Assembly (NCBI GenBank): GCA_965267575.1
Contig: OZ254086.1
Span: forward strand, 1,856,141-1,920,140
Origin: Calditrichales bacterium
Lineage (GTDB): Bacteria; Calditrichota; Calditrichia; Calditrichales; J004
Length of the DNA: 64,000 bases
Direction of reading: 5' to 3'
Below are positions 18,074 through 26,727 of this stretch, one piece after another. The position numbers and the translations under genes are program-made. The notes under the pieces were generated by a model. It was given only the letters and a program-made list of their open reading frames with translations, was not told where the DNA came from and made no database searches. Position 1 is the first letter of the stretch, and the number at the start of each line of letters is the position of its first letter.

Positions 18074-18136
18074 GGGTGTAACTCTTACGGAAGCTTTGCA
18101 TCTTATAGTTTTTTACGATTAAGGGAATTTGAATTT

Positions 18137-18532
18137 ATGAGTAAAACCACGCTTATCTGGATTGCTGTAATAGGGGCGGCGCTGTTGTTTTTTTACGCGC
18201 GCAATTATTTTCAGGATGCCTCGCTGCCCTCAGTGACGGCCGAAGAAGTGCAGCAACGCCTGGGCAAAAAAGATTCTACGATGTTTTTCCTCGATGTGCG
18301 GACGCCGGGTGAATTCAACGGGCCGCTTGGACACATAAAAGGCGCCAAACTGATCCCGGTGCAGGAGCTGGCCGGGCGTGTTGACGAACTGTCCAAATAT
18401 AAAAACAAGGAAGTGATCGTTTATTGCCGTAGTGGTAATCGCAGCCGCTCTGCAACACGGCTTCTGCTGGAAAACGGTTTTGACGCTAAAAATATGTTGG
18501 GCGGGATGCGCGCCTGGAATAAAGAGAAATAG
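18137..18532 (+). CDS. Rhodanese-domain protein with an N-terminal transmembrane anchor
   Basis: FLDVRTP.EF..GHI.GA...P and the VYCRSGNRS active-site loop. Confidence 0.85.
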   Translation: MSKTTLIWIAVIGAALLFFYARNYFQDASLPSVTAEEVQQRLGKKDSTMFFLDVRTPGEFNGPLGHIKGAKLIPVQELAGRVDELSKYKNKEVIVYCRSGNRSRSATRLLLENGFDAKNMLGGMRAWNKEK

Positions 18533-18575
18533 GTCGTGAAGTCAGGAGGTCCGGAAGTCTCGAAGTCTTCTTTTC
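18533..18575. repeat. Octamer-periodic array built on the GAAGTC word
   Basis: The sequence reads gtc gtgaagtc aggaggtc cggaagtc tcgaagtc, with GTC exactly every 8 nt. Confidence 0.85.
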
Positions 18576-18607
18576 CTTTCTCATTATCTTAAGCTTTATC
18601 AATTCTT

Positions 18608-18642
18608 AATGCCGGGAGATGCGCATCTCCCGGCATTTTTTT
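18608..18642 (+). terminator. Rho-independent terminator
   Basis: Perfect palindrome aatgccgggagatgc/gcatctcccggcatt followed by T7. Confidence 0.85.
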
Positions 18643-18645
18643 ATT

Positions 18646-20049
18646 CTACTTTGTAAAATAATCCATCACTTCCTCCAGTGCCGCCGAGCAGACCGGATCA
18701 AACGGCGCCATGCTCAGGCTGAACATGCGGCAATCCACCGAGGGACGATACAGGCCATATTGTTCATAGCCCGCGCCTTCAAAGGCACCTGCTCTGCCGC
18801 TCCACGGACTGTTGTCCAGAACCGCCTGTTGCTTTTGGATGTACGGTTCACGCTTTTCGTAATAATCTGCGGCCAGGCGATCCAGTTTACCGCGCTCAAA
18901 GGCCAGGCTGTCATACAGCTCTTTCTGCCACGGAGTGGGCAGCGGGGTATCTTCCGCCACAAATTCTTTCCATTTCAGATTGTCTTTATCCAGCAGCGCT
19001 GTAACATTGCGCTCCCACGGTTCCACGTCCTTTTTGTAGAATTCTTCATAGCTGATCTGCGAGCTGTAATACTCATCGCCCAGACCGGCAAAACTGTGGC
19101 CGAATTCGTGGACGTACACGTAGTCCATCTGCCAGGCCTGATCGGGGTGATCCGGGATGGCGTAGGTGGTCGTGTACAGGTTGTAAATGCCCCCGCCGCC
19201 GTAGCGGTCATCGTTGATCAGGATGTTTACGTAATCGTACGGAACCAGGCCAGCGGCGTCGCGCAGTGCCTTATTGTTTTCAGTAAGAATGTAACGTGCC
19301 GAGCCGAACGTATTGTATTCGCAACCCAGGGCGCTATTCTTCCAGATCCCTTTGTCCGGTTTGGGGATACCGCTCACTTTGGAGGTCACCTCAACTATCC
19401 ACACGTTGAAATCGTTTTTTCGCGATTTGAAAGGTTCCGTTTCAAACAGCTCATCGTTAAAATGGCGGGCGTCGCGCCGGAACTTAACCATGTCCCCCTC
19501 GGCATAGCCATCACCAACGATCACAAGGTCGACCTTTGTCGCCGGATCGCCGTTTTGCATGATCGCGGTAACTTTCCAGTCCGGCTTTTCTGGTTTTGTG
19601 TTGACAGCCACTTTGTCATTTGGGTCTATCGTTGTTCGCCAGATTTCGTCGAATTCCATTTTGGCATTGCGTCTTGCAACCGCCAGTTCGACTTCGTTTT
19701 TAGGCTTGGGAAGCAGCCACGTTTCATGAAAAGTATGCCATCTTTGTTTGGCTTCAGCCGTTGTTTGCCATTCGTTAAAAACTGTGGAATAGCCGCGGCT
19801 GTAAATAAGCTGGCCGCTTTCGGCGTCATACATTCTCACCTGGTATTCCCCCAGGTTAAGCGGGGTGATCATCTGCGTGCGCGTACCGGCCCACTCCCCG
19901 TCCTCATAAAGCTGATCCAGCGCAAACAGCTCTTCGCCTTTCGTGCCGGTGTGATAGTAATCCACCCGCAGCGTTTTGCCCGTAAAGTGATCGCTAAAAG
20001 ACTGCGCCCACAACGCCGACGCCATAAAAACCAACAAAAGAGATTTCAT
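18646..20049 (-). CDS. M64-family (IgA-peptidase-like) secreted metallopeptidase
   Basis: HEFGHSFAGLGDEY motif. The start was moved to MKSLLLVFMASALWAQ (signal peptide, GGAGGG SD). The longer ORF start at 20157 lies inside a repeat array. Confidence 0.8.
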   Translation of the reverse strand: MKSLLLVFMASALWAQSFSDHFTGKTLRVDYYHTGTKGEELFALDQLYEDGEWAGTRTQMITPLNLGEYQVRMYDAESGQLIYSRGYSTVFNEWQTTAEAKQRWHTFHETWLLPKPKNEVELAVARRNAKMEFDEIWRTTIDPNDKVAVNTKPEKPDWKVTAIMQNGDPATKVDLVIVGDGYAEGDMVKFRRDARHFNDELFETEPFKSRKNDFNVWIVEVTSKVSGIPKPDKGIWKNSALGCEYNTFGSARYILTENNKALRDAAGLVPYDYVNILINDDRYGGGGIYNLYTTTYAIPDHPDQAWQMDYVYVHEFGHSFAGLGDEYYSSQISYEEFYKKDVEPWERNVTALLDKDNLKWKEFVAEDTPLPTPWQKELYDSLAFERGKLDRLAADYYEKREPYIQKQQAVLDNSPWSGRAGAFEGAGYEQYGLYRPSVDCRMFSLSMAPFDPVCSAALEEVMDYFTK

Positions 20050-20112
20050 TCCACCCTCCACTGAGTTAGTCAGATCGAAGCACAAATTTATACAAAGTGA
20101 AAAGCCGTTCAA

Positions 20113-20175
20113 GTTAATATAGTTTCGAAGTTTCGAAGTCAGGAAGTCAAAAGTCATAGGTCATCCTGATCGTGA
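20113..20175. repeat. Octamer-periodic array built on the GAAGT(C) word, in the same orientation as 18533-18575
   Basis: The sequence reads agtttcga agtttcga agtcagga agtcaaaa gtcatagg tcatcctg. Confidence 0.85.
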
Positions 20176-20435
20176 TCATGCTCCTTGATTTTTTACGTCT
20201 CCCGGTTGGAGGTTCCGGTGTGTCTCAGCCGCTATGTCGGATGATACTTATTTTGTGTCGCTCTGAGTGTTCCTGTCATTCCGGTCTTAACGCCGGGATC
20301 TGACAGAAGACAAAGTACCACTTGAGTCCATGAAAGAACTGAGTAGAGCGTGAAGTGCTCCTCATGTATGATGTAATGGAAATATTCATTGCCTATTGAG
20401 ATGCTGAAACGAGTTCAGAGTGACGTCTGAATACA

Positions 20436-20475
20436 TTAGCACTTTAATACGCTAACACATAGCACCTTAACACTT
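20436..20475. repeat. Octamer-periodic array; its reverse complement belongs to the GTRYTAAN word family
   Basis: The sequence reads ttagcact ttaatacg ctaacaca tagcacct taacactt. The reverse complement matches the words used at 59075-59130. Confidence 0.8.
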
Positions 20476-20537
20476 TTTTCTTGCATCGGCGAATTACGTC
20501 TTATATATTTCAATCGTTTCAAAAAAATCAAACGCTT

Positions 20538-21020
20538 ATGCCCGACGCCCTTTCTCTCAAACAGGAATTTGTCCAGGATTATGGTGAAGCCTACCAGCAC
20601 TTCGGTTTGCCCGTGCTGATGGGCCGCATTGTCGGTCTGCTTCTGTTTGAAGGTCGGCCGGTGAGCCTGGATGAAATTACCAGTGAGCTGGGAGTTAGCA
20701 AGGGGCCTGTCAGTCAGATTGTACGGCGGCTGCGTGACCACAACCTGGTGCTGCGCAAATGGGTGCCCGGGGACCGTAAAGATTATTATGAAGCCGATCC
20801 CAATATTTTTGGCAACGCCTTCCAACACCGTATCGCCCTTATGCAAAGCAATCTCGACCTGGCGCAGAAATATATCAAGCTGCTGGAGACGACCGACAAC
20901 AGTGCCCCACAGGCCTTCCGCGACAACGTGCAGGAAATGGCCGATTTTTACACGCTGATGACCACGCATTTTAAGGTTTTTGCGGATGAGTGGCAGGAGC
21001 AACGGACGAAGAAAAAATGA
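20538..21020 (+). CDS. GbsR/MarR-family transcriptional regulator
   Basis: The GbsR-like N-terminus (F....GE.Y..FGLP...GRI.GLL) is followed by a winged-helix segment. The start was moved to the ATG at 20538. Confidence 0.75.
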   Translation: MPDALSLKQEFVQDYGEAYQHFGLPVLMGRIVGLLLFEGRPVSLDEITSELGVSKGPVSQIVRRLRDHNLVLRKWVPGDRKDYYEADPNIFGNAFQHRIALMQSNLDLAQKYIKLLETTDNSAPQAFRDNVQEMADFYTLMTTHFKVFADEWQEQRTKKK

Positions 21021-21180
21021 GTTTTCTTATCTCCCCTTAAAAAAGGGGACCAAGGGGTTGTAAGCTAATTTTTGGAGCAATTTTGAAGGACAACCCTCGT
21101 GCCCCTTTCATACCGGGGTTATGTAGTTTGCGTTTTAAAATTTTCAAACGATCAAAAAGCTTAGACGGGAGAAGTGAAAA

Positions 21181-21909
21181 ATGAAGCGGCTTCAGGATAA
21201 AGTGGCCATCATTACCGGTGGAGCGCAAGGAATCGGCGCGGAAACCGCCAAAGTTTTTGCCGAAAACGGTGCGCGTGTCTTCATCTGGGATGTTAACGCT
21301 GATGCCGGTGAGGCTTTGGCCAAAGAGATCGGCGGACAATTCTTAAGGGTTGATGTGGCGGATAAATCCAGCGTTGACGCGGCAACCGGCAAAGTAAAAG
21401 ACGAAGCGGGACGGATTGACATTCTGGTCAATAATGCCGGCATTACCCGCGACGCCACCCTGCACAAAATGGAAGAGGCGCAGTGGGATCAGGTCATTGA
21501 CATCAACCTGAAGGGTGTCTTTTTGTGCGGGCAGGCCGTGGCCAAAGTGATGCGCGAACAGGGCAGCGGCATAATCCTCAATACCAGCTCGGTGGTGGCG
21601 TTGTATGGCAACTTTGGTCAGACCAACTACGTGGCGGCCAAATCCGGACTGATTGGCATGACCCGCGTCTGGGCCCGTGAACTGGGTTTTAAAGGCGTGC
21701 GTGTTAACGCCGTGGCCCCCGGTTTCATTGCCACAGAAATGGTGAAAACCGTGCCAGCAAAAGTGATTCAATCGCTGGAAGAGAAAACACCGCTGGGACG
21801 TCTCGGTGATCCCAAAGATATCGCCAACGCCTATCTCTTCCTGGCATCGGATGAGGCGGCGTTTATTACCGGCGCGGTGCTCAGCGTGGACGGCGGCCTG
21901 GTGCTATAG
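21181..21909 (+). CDS. 3-oxoacyl-ACP reductase-like SDR
   Basis: TGGAQGIG, NNAGI and S...YVAAK motifs. Confidence 0.85.
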   Translation: MKRLQDKVAIITGGAQGIGAETAKVFAENGARVFIWDVNADAGEALAKEIGGQFLRVDVADKSSVDAATGKVKDEAGRIDILVNNAGITRDATLHKMEEAQWDQVIDINLKGVFLCGQAVAKVMREQGSGIILNTSSVVALYGNFGQTNYVAAKSGLIGMTRVWARELGFKGVRVNAVAPGFIATEMVKTVPAKVIQSLEEKTPLGRLGDPKDIANAYLFLASDEAAFITGAVLSVDGGLVL

Positions 21910-21960
21910 ACGAACCAAAATCCACCAATTAGAAAATTCACTCATTGATTCGGAAGGCGC

Positions 21961-22950
21961 ATGCGAAACGCGATTATAACTACAACAGCCATGGCGGTGC
22001 CGCGAAAGGTTCTGCCCAACAGTTACTTTAACGAACTGCTCGGCGAAGATGTCGACACATGGCTGCGAGAGAACCTGACCATCCACGAACGGCGCTGGCT
22101 GGCGGAGGACGAAAGCACCGCCGACCTGTGCGAAGGAGCGGCCAGGGAGATCCTGAAAAAATCGGGCTTGGCGGCGGAACAACTGGACCTGATCATCATT
22201 GCCACCGATACCCCGGAGTACATTTCACCAAGCACCGCCTCGGTGCTGCAGCATCGCCTGGGGGCAAAAAACGCCGGCACTTTTGATATGAACACCGCCT
22301 GCGCCGGTTTTGTGACCGCTCTGGACACGGGCAGCAAATACATTCGTGCCGACCAAAAATATAACAATGTGCTGGTGATTGGCGCCTATGGCATGTCCAA
22401 GTACCTCAACATGCAGGACAAAAAAACGGTGACCCTGTTTGCCGACGGCGCGGCCGGTGTTTTGCTGAAGGCATCCGAAGACGAAGGACATGGCATGCTG
22501 GGATCGCAGCTGCACACCGAAGGCCAGTACCACGGCTGGATGGGTATTTACGCCGGCGGCACACACGAGCCGATCGACCAGAACGCGCTCAGCAACGGCG
22601 ATCATAAACTTAAATTTGTCAAAAAATTTCCAAAAGAAATCAACCCAACCACCTGGGCACGCATGGTACGTCAGGTAGCGGATGAGGCCAGCCTGCGGGT
22701 CAGCGATATCGACCACATATTTTTCACGCAGATCAACATCAACAGCATTTATGAAACGATGGAGATGCTCGGGCTGCCGATAGATCGCACGCACACCGTG
22801 ATGGATCGCTATGCCTACACCGGCTCGGCCTGCATCCCGATGGCCCTGGCCGAGGCTAATGCGCAGGGAAAAATCAAAAAGGGTGATGTGGTCTTTTTTA
22901 TGGGCTCCGGCGGGGGGCTGGCTTTTGCCTGCGCCGCTTTCCGCTGGTGA
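21961..22950 (+). CDS. KAS III (FabH)-like thiolase-fold protein with a non-canonical active site
   Basis: FabH-collinear. The Cys motif NTACAGF is present, but HQAN is replaced by TQIN and GNTSAAS by AYTGSAC. Confidence 0.8.
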   Translation: MRNAIITTTAMAVPRKVLPNSYFNELLGEDVDTWLRENLTIHERRWLAEDESTADLCEGAAREILKKSGLAAEQLDLIIIATDTPEYISPSTASVLQHRLGAKNAGTFDMNTACAGFVTALDTGSKYIRADQKYNNVLVIGAYGMSKYLNMQDKKTVTLFADGAAGVLLKASEDEGHGMLGSQLHTEGQYHGWMGIYAGGTHEPIDQNALSNGDHKLKFVKKFPKEINPTTWARMVRQVADEASLRVSDIDHIFFTQININSIYETMEMLGLPIDRTHTVMDRYAYTGSACIPMALAEANAQGKIKKGDVVFFMGSGGGLAFACAAFRW

Positions 22951-22954
22951 AGAA

Positions 22955-23062
22955 AACCACGGAGGCGCAGAGAATTACACGGAGTGCTCGGAGGTGCTAA
23001 TTTTTTTTCAAACAGTTTTAATCTCAGTGGCCTCAGTGTTCTGCTCCGTGAACTCTGTGGTT
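22955..23062. repeat. Long imperfect inverted repeat built from CACNGAG / CTCNGTG heptamer words around a T8-containing loop
   Basis: The left arm (22955-22998) and right arm (23022-23062) are roughly 70% complementary by eye. It sits between the KAS III-like stop and the transporter start. Confidence 0.7.
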
Positions 23063-23133
23063 AGACTGTAGCGCAAGGGATGCATGGAAAAGCTTGGTGC
23101 ACTAGTTCAACAATCTACATTTAAAGGAGAAAG

Positions 23134-24624
23134 ATGCACGATTGGGGTATGGCCGGCTGGATTCTGATCGGTCTTTACATGACGGTGACTTTGGTGTTCG
23201 TGGTACGCGGTGCCGTGCGCATCAAAAACATGTCCGATTACGCCCTCGGTAATATCTTCTTTTCGCCGGTGGCCGTCGGGCTGGCCCTCGCCGCATCGAT
23301 GACCTCCGCCGCCACCTTTATCATCAATCCCGGTTTTGTGGCTATTTATGGCGTCACTGCCGTCATCTCGTACGCCTTTGTTCTGCCTGTCGCGGCGATG
23401 ACCTCACTGGTGATTCTCACCAAAAGCTTCCGCGCCCACGGCAGCACAGTCAAGGCGCTTAGCATGGCGCAATGGATGTCGACGCGCTACAAATCCCCCG
23501 GCTACGGTTTTTTCTTCGCCATCCTCTCGCTGCTGCTTATCACCTTCATCGTGCTGATTTGTGTCGGTTTGACCAAGGTGATCTCCAAAACCCTGGACAT
23601 ATCGGAAATGACCGCGCTGGCCGGTATCGTGATTTTCATTTTTGGCTATATGATGTACGGCGGCGCCAACTCGATGGTCTATACCAACACCATCCAGGCG
23701 CTGGTAATGATCGTTGTGGCCATTATTTTGCTGACCAGCGGCTACGAGCATTTCAGCAACGGCGTCCACGGTTTACTGGATAAGCTGGCTGCGATCGATC
23801 CGGCCCTTGCCCAACCGCTAAATAAAAACAGTTTCCTTTTCCGCGACTACTTCGAAATCGGTTTTGTTCAAATTGTGGTGGGCATTGCCATTGTCTGCCA
23901 GCCGCACATCATCACCAAGTCGCTTTTGCTCAAAGACGACAAAGGCGTCAACCGCTATCTCACCGTCGCTGTGGTTACGGAAATCCTCTTCTTTCTCGTG
24001 GTCATCGCCGGGCTTTACGCGCGTTTTGCTTTTCCGGATCTCACCTTCAACGGTGAACCGTTAAAGATGGACGGGATCATTTCGGCCTACGTGGTTAAGG
24101 AGTTCCCCGTTTACATCGGTCTCGTGGTTGTGCTGGGCCTCATTTCCGCCGGCATTTCCACGCTGGAAGGCCTGATCCAGGCGCTGGCTACCACCATCAC
24201 AGAAGACATCATCCGGCCTGTAAGCCGCAAGCTGGACAAAGTTCGGTTTATTGACAAAAACGGCATTCTTATAAATAAAGGTGTGATTGCCTTGTTGGCG
24301 CTGGTGAGCATCTGGCTCTCCTGGGACCAGTTGGTCAATCCCAAGCTGAGCGTGGCCATTTTTGCCCAGAACGGGGTTTACGCTTACTTCGCCGCAGCGT
24401 TCTTGCCCATCGTGCTGGGTATGTTTGTAAAAGAGCTGCCGCGTGTGGTACCGATTGCCGCTTCGGTGACGGCTGTAATCGTCCATTTCACCATGTATTA
24501 TGCCAAACTGCCGGTGCCTTTCAGCGCGGCCACGGGTGAAAATCCCGGTGTGGCGGCGGCGGTTGCCATCATCATTTCGGCGGTTGTTGCCTTTCACCTG
24601 ATGCTGGTTTACAGGGGGAAATAG
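23134..24624 (+). CDS. Sodium:solute symporter (SSS) family transporter
   Basis: 496 aa with about 13 TM helices and an SSS-like N-terminal pattern. Confidence 0.75.
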   Translation: MHDWGMAGWILIGLYMTVTLVFVVRGAVRIKNMSDYALGNIFFSPVAVGLALAASMTSAATFIINPGFVAIYGVTAVISYAFVLPVAAMTSLVILTKSFRAHGSTVKALSMAQWMSTRYKSPGYGFFFAILSLLLITFIVLICVGLTKVISKTLDISEMTALAGIVIFIFGYMMYGGANSMVYTNTIQALVMIVVAIILLTSGYEHFSNGVHGLLDKLAAIDPALAQPLNKNSFLFRDYFEIGFVQIVVGIAIVCQPHIITKSLLLKDDKGVNRYLTVAVVTEILFFLVVIAGLYARFAFPDLTFNGEPLKMDGIISAYVVKEFPVYIGLVVVLGLISAGISTLEGLIQALATTITEDIIRPVSRKLDKVRFIDKNGILINKGVIALLALVSIWLSWDQLVNPKLSVAIFAQNGVYAYFAAAFLPIVLGMFVKELPRVVPIAASVTAVIVHFTMYYAKLPVPFSAATGENPGVAAAVAIIISAVVAFHLMLVYRGK

Positions 24625-24626
24625 CT

Positions 24627-26117
24627 ATGATGTACGCGACAGACTGGCTGGAAAAATGGGCAGCTTACAGCCCCGGCCGAATGGCATTACGTGAGCACAG
24701 TCGCGACCTGCAGTGGAGCTACAAAGAGATGAATGGCCGCGTAGACGCGCTGGCCGCTCACATGCGCAACGAGTGGAAACTGCAGCCCGGTGACCGCCTG
24801 GCTGTTTACTCTAAAAACTGCGCCGAGTATGTCTTTCTCTTTTTTGCCTGCATTAAAAGTGGCGTGATTATGGTGCCGCTCAATTTCCGCCTGATGCCCG
24901 AAGAACTGAATGTGCTGCTTGGCGACGCAGAACCCACACTTTTGCTTTACGAAAAAGAATTCGCTGCGCAGGTCAGCGCTTTACAAATGTCTGAAAACGG
25001 CGCCCTCAAAAGGCTGGATGAGCTGACGCCATTTCTTATAGAGAAAGCGCTCCCAAAAGCTTTTGCGCAATCACTGCCCGTGGAGAGCGAGCGCGCCATA
25101 ATGATCCTTTATACATCGGGAACGACCGGTCTGCCCAAAGGCGCCATGATCAACCATAGGATGCTGTTCTGGAACTCCATCAACACCGGGCTGCGCCTCA
25201 ACATCACCGCCGATGACCACACGCAGAGTTTCGCGCCGTTTTTCCACACCGGCGGCTGGAATGTGCTGCTGACGCCCTTTTTCCATCACGGGGCCTCGCA
25301 CACGCTGCTGGACGGTTTTGACGCCGGTCTGATCCTGAGGCTGATGGAAGAGGAAAAATCGACCTTGCTGTTTGGCGTGCCCACTATGCTGCAAATGATG
25401 GCCGATGATCCGGCCTTTGAAAAATGCAATCTGCAAAGCGTGCGCTACGCTATTGTCGGCGGAGCGCCCATGCCCAAACCGCTGATTGATACCTGGCACG
25501 AAAAAGGCATCGCCATCCGTCAGGGCTATGGCCTCACCGAGGTTGGCCCCAACTGCTTCTCGCTGCATCAGGACGATGCCATCCGCAAGAAAGGCTCCAT
25601 CGGCCTGCCCAATTTTTACATCGATGCGCGCGTGGTTGGCGAAGACGGTCATGATTGCGAGGCCGGCGACGTGGGAGAGTTGTGGTTGAAATCCCCCGTG
25701 GTGACACCCGGCTACTGGCGCAATCCAAAGGCCACAAATGGGGCCATAACCGACGGCTGGTTCCACACCGGCGACATGGTGACCCGTGATGACGAGGGCT
25801 ACTACTACGTGGTGGATCGCAAAAAAAACATGTTTATCAGCGGCGGCGAAAATGTGTACCCCGCCGAAGTGGAAAAATTTTTGTACAGCCATCCGGCGAT
25901 CAAAGAGGTTTGCGTGATTGGCGTGCCCGACGATAAATGGGGCGAAGTGGGCAAGGCGTTTGTCGTGCTGAAAAAAAAATCTGCTGAAACGGAAGAAAGC
26001 ATCCGCGCCTTTTGCAAGGGGCGTATTGCCGGCTACAAAACGCCCAAACATGTAGCCTTTGTCGATGAACTGCCCAAAAACGCTGCCGGAAAAATTGACC
26101 GAAAATCCCTTTACTAG
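24627..26117 (+). CDS. Acyl-CoA ligase (ANL superfamily, medium/long-chain or aryl type)
   Basis: YTSGTTGLPKGA, GYGLTE, TGD..., GKIDRK motifs. The start is 2 nt after the transporter stop. Confidence 0.85.
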   Translation: MMYATDWLEKWAAYSPGRMALREHSRDLQWSYKEMNGRVDALAAHMRNEWKLQPGDRLAVYSKNCAEYVFLFFACIKSGVIMVPLNFRLMPEELNVLLGDAEPTLLLYEKEFAAQVSALQMSENGALKRLDELTPFLIEKALPKAFAQSLPVESERAIMILYTSGTTGLPKGAMINHRMLFWNSINTGLRLNITADDHTQSFAPFFHTGGWNVLLTPFFHHGASHTLLDGFDAGLILRLMEEEKSTLLFGVPTMLQMMADDPAFEKCNLQSVRYAIVGGAPMPKPLIDTWHEKGIAIRQGYGLTEVGPNCFSLHQDDAIRKKGSIGLPNFYIDARVVGEDGHDCEAGDVGELWLKSPVVTPGYWRNPKATNGAITDGWFHTGDMVTRDDEGYYYVVDRKKNMFISGGENVYPAEVEKFLYSHPAIKEVCVIGVPDDKWGEVGKAFVVLKKKSAETEESIRAFCKGRIAGYKTPKHVAFVDELPKNAAGKIDRKSLY

Positions 26118-26150
26118 AAACCCTAACCAACCTTTACAGGAGGATTTGTT

Positions 26151-26657
26151 ATGAAGCGTTTAATTCATCTTTTAAGCCTGGTAGTACTGGCTTCCATGCT
26201 GGTTTGGTCCTGCAGCGAAGAAGACGACAGCGGTACCAACGGCAACAACAACACCGATCCCTGGGTCGGGACGTGGTTGAGTGCCGATGCCGACGTAGCG
26301 CCCCTTTTGGCGGCCGTTTTCAGTATTGACTCCGTCCGTGTTGAAATGAAGGACGACGGCAGCGTTTTCTTGGATCAGCATGTGATGGGCGCCGGCTGGA
26401 CCAGCAACAGCGGTACTTACACCGTAACCGAAAGCGCCAGTGGCAATGTGCACAGTATTTCCATTTCCTACAGCTCGCCGGCTTTTGAGCAGGAAGGCAT
26501 CGTCGAAATTACCGAAGGCTCGCCGGATGTAATGCGTCTCGAGGTGGTTCAGACTGTTCCGGACATTGGTGCCACGCCGCGCACACCGGCTACGGGTTTT
26601 GGCAGCGATACGGCACTGGGCACATCCAACATTCAAACCTACAGGCGTGTTGAATAA
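26151..26657 (+). CDS. Lipocalin-like lipoprotein (hypothetical)
   Basis: Lipobox LVWSC and a GTW motif at the start of the mature domain. Confidence 0.55.
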   Translation: MKRLIHLLSLVVLASMLVWSCSEEDDSGTNGNNNTDPWVGTWLSADADVAPLLAAVFSIDSVRVEMKDDGSVFLDQHVMGAGWTSNSGTYTVTESASGNVHSISISYSSPAFEQEGIVEITEGSPDVMRLEVVQTVPDIGATPRTPATGFGSDTALGTSNIQTYRRVE

Positions 26658-26727
26658 TACTCTTGTTGTTTAAAGGATTGTAATCGATCCAGGGATGGAT
26701 TTTTAACTTTTACCACGGTAACGAACT

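Noticed and set aside
18619-20064. 481-aa plus-strand ORF
   Set aside because: It is the antisense shadow of the M64 peptidase gene, which has a clear HEFGH motif and signal peptide. The composition is Arg/His/Phe-rich nonsense.
20050-20157. N-terminal 36-codon extension of the M64 peptidase ORF
   Set aside because: The extension lies inside the GAAGT octamer array. The internal Met has a GGAGGG SD and begins a canonical signal peptide.
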